Source: Blastocatellia bacterium
GTDB taxonomy: Bacteria > Acidobacteriota > Blastocatellia > RBC074
Direction: 5' to 3'
Length of the DNA stretch: 64,000 bases
Assembly (NCBI GenBank): GCA_035429885.1
Contig: DAOMFR010000019.1
Span: forward strand, 67-64,066
Of the stretch, positions 28,406 through 35,682 are shown piece after piece. The position numbers and the translations under genes are program-made. Within the stretch, counting starts at the first letter, position 1. Every line of letters begins with the position of its first letter. Below the pieces are notes generated by a model. That model searched no databases, had not been told where the DNA came from, and worked only from the letters and a program-made list of their open reading frames with translations.

Positions 28406-30844
28406 CTACCTCGCCAGAAAATAAATCACTTGAATGATGTGGACGATCATCAATGCCAGCATCAGCGACGTGACCAGCACGTGCGGAGCCAGCCAGAGTT
28501 TCAGCAATTGATGGAGATAGATTAAGGCGTCCACTCTGCGTATGGTTGCAGCCATCTCAATGCCTTTGAGTAGTCGTTCGCGTTCGCCGTCAGTCATGCC
28601 TTGGCCAATGGCCGCGAATTCAGTTTTGATATTTGCCAGCATTTCATCCAGCGACTCTCGTCTCAAATATTGGCGCAGCAAAAAACTCAGGGAAATGGTG
28701 CGCGGAACGACTTGCTTCTGGATCGTCAGCCGGACGTTGGGAGTGACTTTGGCCATCAGTTCGCCAAGCTCGTGACTCAACTCCTCGCGGCGGGCGGTCA
28801 GGTCTTCGATCAACAGCGGCTGGCCTTCGATTCGAGTCAGCATTCGCGGAGCTATGAAGTAAATCAAAATGCCGAACAAGCCGGTTAAGATCACAAGGTC
28901 AAACGAGACCATTAACGCCGTAGTCAGCAGGCCGCCGGAATCCGAGCCTCCGTGCAGCAGCAATACGATTCCGGCGATGACGCCCAGATAGCTATGAGCC
29001 AACATCCAGTATCGCAAGGCTCCGGCGCGTTTACGGTAAATCTGCCGTCGAATAGGATAAGCCATCACTCCCGCGATGCCGATCAGCCCAATAGCGCCAG
29101 TCAACCAACGCATGTCCAGCCACGATCCGATCAACGGAGTTTCCAATCCATAACGCATCATTCCGGCCAGCGTCAGCAATGTCAGGATCAACGTGGCAAA
29201 CAAGCCAAAGGCATGCATCAATCGTTTGCCGAAATCTTTATGCGAGGTATGGCGGGCGACGACGTGCGTGGAATCGCGAAAGATCGTGCCTTCAGCTTCT
29301 TTGATTTCAGAAAAGTAAATGTGCGGATCCACTCTCAGCAACGCGCCGGTCGGACAGTTTTCTTCGCAACTGTATGCCTTGCGTTTGGTGCCCGGAGGGT
29401 TAAGCGGCGTGTTTTGGCAGAGATTGCACTTTACAGCCAGCAAATCTTCCGTTTGTTCAACGGCCGGTGGCAGCGGGGATGGTTTCAGGTCGAACCAGCC
29501 TTGGCTGGTTAAGGCCGGAGCCGGTTTTCGACTCACCATCGAAATTGCATTGTACGGGCATTGCGTCGCGCAATCGCCACAACCGATGCAGCTTTTGGGA
29601 TCAATGTCCACTTGACCACCTGGGAAGCGGCCAATTGCTCCCGTCGGGCAACCTGTCAAACATTCAGGGTCCTGACAGTGCATGCAAACCGAAGGCGAAA
29701 GCAAACTTTGGAAACTGGATTTCGGTTCTACTTTGACCGGGCGTTCAACGTGTATGCCTCTGCGCAGCAATCGCGATTGCCCATGCACCTGGTGACACGC
29801 CATGGAGCAATTGCCGCAACGCACACACATCTCCATATCCATCACCAGCAAATTTGTGCCATCAACCAGCCCGGTTTCGATCAACGATTCTTGAGCAATG
29901 GCGACCGGCAACGGTTGCCGGCCTTCGTTGGGATTGTCCGGCGCGGCCATTCCGGTAAACGCCAGCAACAGGATTTCACGCAATTCCGGATGTTTGCGCA
30001 GATCGGCCAACGAAATTTCCAGCACTTCGGCGCGCCCCATCAATGTGCAAGTCTGTTCCCAATTCCCATCGCGAGTGATCGCTTCGACGCCGAAACTATG
30101 CGACGGGCCGAAATAAGCTTCCGTGGCTTTGGCGTTCCAATTTCGCGGCTTGATTTCTTCGGGTGTCAGTTGGCGCGTGACGGTTCGCGGAGTGACTTTG
30201 GCCCAGCCGGATTTCAGCACGAACAGATTTTTCATCGGATCGCCCGCGCGAAAGAGCACGTGGTTTTTGCCAAAGACTTTGAATTGCGAGATGGCTTCAA
30301 GCTGGCTAACAGCTTCTTTGCTGAGTTGAGTTGCCGCGGCGATGTCCTGAATGGTGGTTGCGCGTCCGTTGCGACGATACGTGGAATCCAGCACTTCGCC
30401 GAATTTGGGAAGTTTGCGCAATAACCGAAGCGCAGGCCGCTGAATTTCCAACACCTGAACCGGTTTGTCTTTGGGCGCGCGAATGGTTGCTGACCGCTGG
30501 ACGCCGGCCAGCACAGACATTTCGCCGAACTGCACTCCGGCGGGAATCTCTGCCACCTTGTTTTGGCCATTGTCGAAGAGCACATCGGCGGTACCGCTGA
30601 CGACGATGAAAAATGAATTGCCTCCCCATTCGCCTTCGCGGACAATTTCTTCGCCCGGCATATAGGTCAGCAAGCGAACGTATGGGCCGACTTTCTTGCC
30701 GTTGTAATTGCGTCCATAAACAATCACTTCCAGGTCAAGTTCGTAATCGTAATGGCCGTCGTGCTGAGATGTCAGATCGGCGATGGCGCCAATGCTTTCA
30801 ATTGCAGCCAGCACGTCTTTGTGCTTAAGAGTCTCTTCAGGCAT
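28406..30844 (-). CDS. Cyclic-nucleotide-binding (x2) / four-cluster 4Fe-4S ferredoxin / polytopic membrane domain protein
   Basis: 812-aa ORF with a CAP_ED motif (FGEMSVLAGVQRSATIRA) and a second, degenerate cNMP-like domain. It has four Cys clusters of DmsB/NrfC type (CVRCGNCSMAC, CMHCQDPECLTGCP, CIGCGDCATQCP, CNLC-x17-CEENCP). At least 5 hydrophobic helices follow, containing His residues (AHSYLG, LLLHGG, APHVL, IVHIIQ). Confidence 0.85.
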   Translation of the reverse strand: MPEETLKHKDVLAAIESIGAIADLTSQHDGHYDYELDLEVIVYGRNYNGKKVGPYVRLLTYMPGEEIVREGEWGGNSFFIVVSGTADVLFDNGQNKVAEIPAGVQFGEMSVLAGVQRSATIRAPKDKPVQVLEIQRPALRLLRKLPKFGEVLDSTYRRNGRATTIQDIAAATQLSKEAVSQLEAISQFKVFGKNHVLFRAGDPMKNLFVLKSGWAKVTPRTVTRQLTPEEIKPRNWNAKATEAYFGPSHSFGVEAITRDGNWEQTCTLMGRAEVLEISLADLRKHPELREILLLAFTGMAAPDNPNEGRQPLPVAIAQESLIETGLVDGTNLLVMDMEMCVRCGNCSMACHQVHGQSRLLRRGIHVERPVKVEPKSSFQSLLSPSVCMHCQDPECLTGCPTGAIGRFPGGQVDIDPKSCIGCGDCATQCPYNAISMVSRKPAPALTSQGWFDLKPSPLPPAVEQTEDLLAVKCNLCQNTPLNPPGTKRKAYSCEENCPTGALLRVDPHIYFSEIKEAEGTIFRDSTHVVARHTSHKDFGKRLMHAFGLFATLILTLLTLAGMMRYGLETPLIGSWLDMRWLTGAIGLIGIAGVMAYPIRRQIYRKRAGALRYWMLAHSYLGVIAGIVLLLHGGSDSGGLLTTALMVSFDLVILTGLFGILIYFIAPRMLTRIEGQPLLIEDLTARREELSHELGELMAKVTPNVRLTIQKQVVPRTISLSFLLRQYLRRESLDEMLANIKTEFAAIGQGMTDGERERLLKGIEMAATIRRVDALIYLHQLLKLWLAPHVLVTSLMLALMIVHIIQVIYFLAR

Positions 30845-31096
30845 AGGGTTTTTTGATACTGCCAGTCTTCAGGATGCGCGTGGATTTAATTGAAACAACG
30901 ATGGCTCATGTTTAGAGCCTTCAACCGGGTTAGTCAATCGAATAGTCCGGCTAGAATTGCAAAGACAACAGAAAGTTGTTGCCTTTATTAAAACTCTTGT
31001 GTGATAGTCCACTCGTTCTCAGCTTCCGATCTTTTCCCCCAGAAAATCAGTCAACCAAAAGTTCAAACTCGGCGAACGCCGAAGAGGAGAAAATCC

Positions 31097-32485
31097 ATGC
31101 CAAGCAAAAAAGCTAAAACCAAATCGTCCACCAAATTCGCGCAAATTCCCGCTCGAACTCACGCAAAAGAAGACCGAAAAGAGTTCATGCCCGGCACGCT
31201 TGTCGTGCGTTGCAAACCGGACGTCGTCAACAACGTCCCAGATGTCGGCGAGGCGAGCGTTGCTTCCGTGTCATCGTTCCGGTTACCCGAAGTCGTTGAA
31301 AGCCCATTTGATTTTTTGCGTCAAAACGGATTGCTGCGTGAAGTCGTTCCGGTATTTTCACGAATGATGGCCGGACGCGCTCTGGGAGTTGCGCCTGCCT
31401 CCACCGCCGCTTCATTCGCCTTAAGCGTCCGCGATTCGGAAGAAGATGATTTGAAAGGGGTGAACGTGCTTCGACTGGCCAAGCACGCCGATTTGAAAAA
31501 GATTGAAAAAGAGCTCAACAACACGCCGGGCATTGAATACGCGCATCGTTTTCCGGCACGTTGGATGAATGCGGCGACGGCGAAAATGAGCACTACCGAC
31601 GAATTTCTGGCTCAGCAATGGGGGCTGAAATCCATTGGCTGGACTGCACTGGACGCACTGCCCAACGCGGCTCAAGTCAATGTCGCTGTGCTGGATACCG
31701 GAATTGACATGACTCATCCCGAACTGAAAAACATCGTCGCTTCTTACATTCATGACGGAGCCGGTTCGACGGACATCATCGGGCACGGAACTCACGTTGC
31801 CGGAATCATCGCAGCGCAAATTAACAACCGAATTGGCATCGCGGGAATCTGCAAGCCAAATTTGATGATCTGGAAAATCTTTGGTGACACGCCTGATCCA
31901 AAGGACGGTGAAATTTACGTGGACCCGGTCATGTACCAGCGCGCTTTGAACGCTGCCCGGCAAGCCCGCGTTCACGTCGTTAATTTGAGCATCGGCGGCA
32001 CATTCCGCGACCGCACAGAAGAAATGTTGCTGAATCGGTTGATGAATTCCGGCACTCTGGTTGTCGCTGCGATGGGCAATGAATTCGAGGACGGCAATCC
32101 GAAAGAATATCCGGGAGGCTTTCCGGGCGTTTTCGCTGTTGGCGCGACGACCAAAGCCAATGTGCGGGCATCGTTTTCCAACACGGGCAGCCATATAGAC
32201 ATTGCTGCGCCCGGACATCATATCCTTTCGACCTTGCCGCTTCAACCTTCGCTGATGCGCAAAGCCGACGAAACCAATTACGCCAGCTGGAGCGGGACTT
32301 CGATGGCGACGCCTCACGTTACGGCGGCCGCTGCCTTGGTCTTTGCCAAAAATCCAGGCTTTACTGCCAAACAGGTCGGCGACAAGCTGAAGGCCACCGC
32401 CACCAAGCTGGCTGCGATGAAAGGCAAAAAGACGACCAACGAATTTGGTGCCGGTTTACTGAATGTGCTGGCGGCGCTATCCTAA
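31097..32485 (+). CDS. S8 family (subtilisin-like) serine peptidase with N-terminal prodomain
   Basis: Catalytic triad motifs are present (VAVLDTGID, HGTHVAGII, GTSMATPHV). I place the start at the ATG at 31097, which is preceded by GAGGAGAAAATCC. The ORF-track GTG at 31001 is unsupported. Confidence 0.9.
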   Translation: MPSKKAKTKSSTKFAQIPARTHAKEDRKEFMPGTLVVRCKPDVVNNVPDVGEASVASVSSFRLPEVVESPFDFLRQNGLLREVVPVFSRMMAGRALGVAPASTAASFALSVRDSEEDDLKGVNVLRLAKHADLKKIEKELNNTPGIEYAHRFPARWMNAATAKMSTTDEFLAQQWGLKSIGWTALDALPNAAQVNVAVLDTGIDMTHPELKNIVASYIHDGAGSTDIIGHGTHVAGIIAAQINNRIGIAGICKPNLMIWKIFGDTPDPKDGEIYVDPVMYQRALNAARQARVHVVNLSIGGTFRDRTEEMLLNRLMNSGTLVVAAMGNEFEDGNPKEYPGGFPGVFAVGATTKANVRASFSNTGSHIDIAAPGHHILSTLPLQPSLMRKADETNYASWSGTSMATPHVTAAAALVFAKNPGFTAKQVGDKLKATATKLAAMKGKKTTNEFGAGLLNVLAALS

Positions 32486-32503
32486 AAATCGATTCGCAAA
32501 ACG

Positions 32504-32563
32504 CTGGCAGAAAGATGTGGGCAGAAACATCGGAAAAAGCCTTTTCCACTCCTTTTCTGCCAG
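32504..32563. repeat. Nested imperfect hairpin downstream of the S8 gene
   Basis: The outer arms are CTGGCAGAAAG (32504-32514) and CTTTTCTGCCAG (32552-32563, with one bulged T). The inner stem is GGAAAA (32532-32537) pairing with TTTTCC (32542-32547). Confidence 0.6.
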
Positions 32564-32590
32564 CAAATAACCTTATTCGGTAAGGAATTT

Positions 32591-32860
32591 ATGGCGGCGA
32601 CCGAATCAATCAAGTTGAATCTAAAGCTGGCTGCCGGAGCCGGAAAAGGGAAGCTGGACAAGTTGCTGGCAGAAACTCCAGGCATTCAATCCGTGATACA
32701 AACCTTTCCGGACGAAGTCGATGAAGAATTATCGGGGCTGTATATTTTGGAAGTGGAGCTTTCGAAATCTGAAGCCGCGATCAACGCGCTGAGCAAGCAT
32801 TCGGAAATTGATTATGTTGAACCGGCGGCATCGCGTCGGTTGATCCGTAAAACAAAATGA
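32591..32860 (+). CDS. Small protein resembling a stand-alone subtilase propeptide/inhibitor I9-like domain
   Basis: 89-aa ORF. Its C-terminal half (LYILEVELSKSEAAINALSKHSEIDYVEP) mirrors the prodomain end of the adjacent S8 protein (VNVLRLAKHADLKKIEKELNNTPGIEYAHR) and the I9 ending pattern V.YVEP. The assignment rests on pattern similarity only. Confidence 0.5.
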   Translation: MAATESIKLNLKLAAGAGKGKLDKLLAETPGIQSVIQTFPDEVDEELSGLYILEVELSKSEAAINALSKHSEIDYVEPAASRRLIRKTK

Positions 32861-33072
32861 AACAACTGTTGCTGATATTTCTGATCGTCGCACTTTACCT
32901 GGTGCATCAAGACTTCTGGTTTTGGAATTCGGCCACGCCGCTGGTCTTTGGATTTCTGCCGATAGGATTGTTTTACCACCTGGTGTACACGTTGGTGATT
33001 TCCGGTGTGATGTGGTTGCTGGTGAAATGGGCGTGGCCGTCCCACCTCGAAGCGGAACACACGGAATCCTAG
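32857..33072 (+). CDS. Small two-TM membrane protein, DUF3311-like
   Basis: 71-aa ORF with two hydrophobic helices and an aromatic-rich loop (HQDFWFWNSATPLVFGFLPIGLFYH). Its start overlaps the preceding stop (ATGA). Confidence 0.5.
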   Translation: MKQLLLIFLIVALYLVHQDFWFWNSATPLVFGFLPIGLFYHLVYTLVISGVMWLLVKWAWPSHLEAEHTES

Positions 33073-33090
33073 ACCGGTTTGCTCCACGGA

Positions 33091-33855
33091 TTATTTCTCG
33101 CCCAGCATACGAATTGGTTTGGGCAGGCGTTTGAGGGCAAACTTCTGCACGGCGTGCTGTTCAATATGAGCCATCGCTTCTTCTACCGAATCGGTCAACA
33201 TCAGGAATCTCAAGTCTTCCGGGCTAATGGTTTTCTGCCGGACCATCTCCTCTAAAAAATCATAAAGTTCGTAATAATACTCTTTTCCCATCAACACGAT
33301 GGGAAAGTCTTTGATCTTGTGGGTTTGAATCAGCGTCAAGGCTTCAAACAATTCATCCATCGTGCCGACTCCGCCGGGCAACACGACGAAGGCGTATGAG
33401 TATTTGATCAGCATGACTTTCCGGATGAAGAAGTAGCGAAACTGAATCATCTTATCCAGATAAGGATTGGGCTTTTGCTCGAAAGGGAGCGTGATGTTGC
33501 AGCCGATGGAAGTGCCTTTGGCTTCCCAGGCGCCGCGGTTGGCGGCTTCCATAATTCCGGGGCCGCCTCCGGTCATAACCGTAAATCCCAGATTCGACAA
33601 TGCCGCACCGACTTCGCGCGCAAGTTGGTAGTAAGGATGATCTTCCTTGAACCGCGCCGAACCAAACACTGTCACGCACGGACCGACGAAATGCAGATGG
33701 CGAAACCCGCGAATGAATTCGGCGAGGATGCGAAACACCATCATCGTTTCAGAGCCACGGGATTTGGGTCCTTCCAGGAAGTAACGGTCGCTGCTGGTGT
33801 TTTGGGTCTGATTGGATTGGTTTGCTGAGGGATCGGTTTGGGTTTCGGTAGCCAT
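33091..33855 (-). CDS. LOG family protein (TIGR00730; cytokinin riboside 5'-monophosphate phosphoribohydrolase-like)
   Basis: 254-aa ORF with LOG motifs (VFGSARF, TGGGPGIMEAANRGA, PGGVGTMDELFE). Confidence 0.9.
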   Translation of the reverse strand: MATETQTDPSANQSNQTQNTSSDRYFLEGPKSRGSETMMVFRILAEFIRGFRHLHFVGPCVTVFGSARFKEDHPYYQLAREVGAALSNLGFTVMTGGGPGIMEAANRGAWEAKGTSIGCNITLPFEQKPNPYLDKMIQFRYFFIRKVMLIKYSYAFVVLPGGVGTMDELFEALTLIQTHKIKDFPIVLMGKEYYYELYDFLEEMVRQKTISPEDLRFLMLTDSVEEAMAHIEQHAVQKFALKRLPKPIRMLGEK

Positions 33856-33858
33856 CGT

Positions 33859-35526
33859 TTATCGCCTTCGAGGTTGTGTGACCGCCAAGCGAGCGTTGAC
33901 CGGCGGTTGAAGGCTAGGCGCAAAATTCGCTCTCAAGCTCTCCGCCTTGTCGTTAACGATCTCACGCACGATAGGCTGGTCGGCAAATTCGATTTTAACA
34001 GGTTGATAAGAAGGCGGGATGTTGCCCAAGCGATTTCGGAATGTCAAAACGGCGATTTGCCGGTTTCCGGTTTCAAAGTGATGACTGGGCGGCAACGCCA
34101 ATACTAACCCAACGAATCCGGTAGAAATCTGGCTGGCATTCACATAGCTCAGCGTATTCGGAATGCTGTCATTTGAAGAGGATAGAAATTCCCATCGTTC
34201 CGCATCGAATCGAAAACTAAACCCAACGGCGTTTTCGATCCCACTGGCTTCGCAGAAAATGCCGACTGAGTTTGGCGATAAGGCTTTGGCGTAAATCGTT
34301 GTTTGGTCGTTGGTAGTCGTTGGGCGGTGGGGGGCGATTGGCAAAAAGCCAACTCCAAACTCCTGGTTTCTAACTCCCAACTCCCAGCTCCCAAATCCCA
34401 ACTCCCAGTTTCCAACTCCCGGTTCCGAGGACTGTTCCAGGTTCATGGCGGGCGCGACGGGGCCGCCTGCGCCGGTCGGTGAATCGAGCGCGGCAGCGTA
34501 ACGCCCGGCTTGCACCCAATCGGTCAAAGTGATTCTTCCATCGCCCAACGTTGCGCGCGGAGCGCAATCTGCTCGCTGGTATTCGTTGCCAGCTGTTACC
34601 ACGTCCAATCCCGAAGCAAAGCGTCCAAGTTGAGTCCAATCGGCGATGGTAATTGTGCCGTTATTGCTTCCGTTCGGGCGTGGAGCCACGTCTGCTTCAA
34701 AGCCTCCGCTGATTGTCAGCGTCAAGGGGTTTGATGTGCCTCCGCCGGGCAGGGGATTGACTGCCGTGATTTTGAATTGTGTGGCAAAAGCCAGATCGCT
34801 GGATGTCAAAGTCGTCGTCACTTGTGTGCTGCTGACAAAATTGGTTGTTCGAGCCGAATTGTTGAACTGAACAATGACACCTTGCAAAAAATTGCTGCCG
34901 TTGACGGTGAGCGTCGGGGTTTGTGTGGTCAAGGGAATGAGGCTTGGCGACAGACTGGTCAAGGTCGGTGCGGGATTCGGGGTTACTGGCGTCGCCAGAT
35001 TGGCGGACGGAATGATTTCGGGCGCGGTTTGTCCGGGCCGAATCCACATCAAGCGAATGACTGCATTGGCCGTCAGCTCGAAGTATTCCAGTCGCAAGTT
35101 GTAGCTTTGACCACCGGTTAAAGCCACGGCAGTGCCTCGGTCTTCAGTTAGCGGATGCGGAGTGAGGTTATCAATGACCAACTGATTGCCCAGCCATAAC
35201 CGAACTCCATCGTCCGATTGCGTGACAAACACATAATTGCCTGTTGTGGGGGGCGTGAGTTGCCCTGTCCAGCGAATGGAAAAGGTTTCAGAATTGATTG
35301 CCGGATCGGGAGCTGAAAATCCAAGGTTGAAATCCACCGTCGCATCGGTGCGAGTAAGCTTCAAGTTGGTGAAATCTTCGTTGTCGAAATATTCGCCGCG
35401 AAGCCCTGCGGCAAGCGTATCGGCGACGGCTGGTTGAAACGGCTTGAGCAACGAAATGGATACCAGACAAGCCAAAATCGCGATAGGAACAAGGCGAGAT
35501 AACAGACGATACTTCTTGTCGAACAT
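33859..35526 (-). CDS. Secreted PA14 domain protein with IPT/TIG-like repeats, dockerin-like repeat pair and C-terminal cohesin-like domain
   Basis: 555-aa ORF with a signal anchor and PA14 motifs (GLRGEYFDNEDFTNLKLTRTDATVDFN). It has a paired motif (ADVAPRPNGSNNGTITIADWTQLGRF / RADCAPRATLGDGRITLTDWVQAGRY) and a C-terminal beta domain (AVGFSFRFDAERWEF). Confidence 0.85.
   Translation of the reverse strand: MFDKKYRLLSRLVPIAILACLVSISLLKPFQPAVADTLAAGLRGEYFDNEDFTNLKLTRTDATVDFNLGFSAPDPAINSETFSIRWTGQLTPPTTGNYVFVTQSDDGVRLWLGNQLVIDNLTPHPLTEDRGTAVALTGGQSYNLRLEYFELTANAVIRLMWIRPGQTAPEIIPSANLATPVTPNPAPTLTSLSPSLIPLTTQTPTLTVNGSNFLQGVIVQFNNSARTTNFVSSTQVTTTLTSSDLAFATQFKITAVNPLPGGGTSNPLTLTISGGFEADVAPRPNGSNNGTITIADWTQLGRFASGLDVVTAGNEYQRADCAPRATLGDGRITLTDWVQAGRYAAALDSPTGAGGPVAPAMNLEQSSEPGVGNWELGFGSWELGVRNQEFGVGFLPIAPHRPTTTNDQTTIYAKALSPNSVGIFCEASGIENAVGFSFRFDAERWEFLSSSNDSIPNTLSYVNASQISTGFVGLVLALPPSHHFETGNRQIAVLTFRNRLGNIPPSYQPVKIEFADQPIVREIVNDKAESLRANFAPSLQPPVNARLAVTQPRRR
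34351..34420 (-). repeat. Heptanucleotide tandem repeat (10 units, consensus GGGAGTT on the coding strand) inside the PA14 protein ORF
   Basis: The + strand reads AACTCCA AACTCCT GGTTTCT AACTCCC AACTCCC AGCTCCC AAATCCC AACTCCC AGTTTCC AACTCCC. It is translated as a 7-aa periodic peptide, GVGNWELGFGSWELGVRNQEFGVG. Confidence 0.9.
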
Positions 35527-35642
35527 AACGGTTCCTGTGTTGTTGGGGGGCGGCCGGAAACTAGAACCAATCGGCGGGGCAGTTCAATTGAGAGCGGGCG
35601 CATTATAGCTAACGCTGCTTCCTGTGGCGATGACTTTTTCCT

Positions 35643-35679
35643 GCGCCCGGGAACCCCAAAAGAGTGAGTTCCCGGGTGC
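35643..35679 (-). other. GC-rich stem-loop immediately after the stop of the 1909-aa gene
   Basis: GCGCCCGGGAAC (35643-35654) pairs with GTTCCCGGGTGC (35668-35679) at 11 of 12 positions, with a 13-nt loop. No U tract follows on the transcribed (minus) strand, so a terminator role is uncertain. Confidence 0.45.
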
Positions 35680-35682
35680 AGA

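Noticed and set aside
31001-31096. N-terminal extensions suggested by the ORF track: S8 from GTG 31001, receiver from 57116, PIG-L from 26868, SnoaL-like from 42251, and hybrid kinase from TTG 52578.
   Set aside because: In each case an internal ATG with a good Shine-Dalgarno sequence starts the recognisable domain or signal peptide. The extension would translate a hairpin element (57116) or overlap a neighbouring gene (42251).
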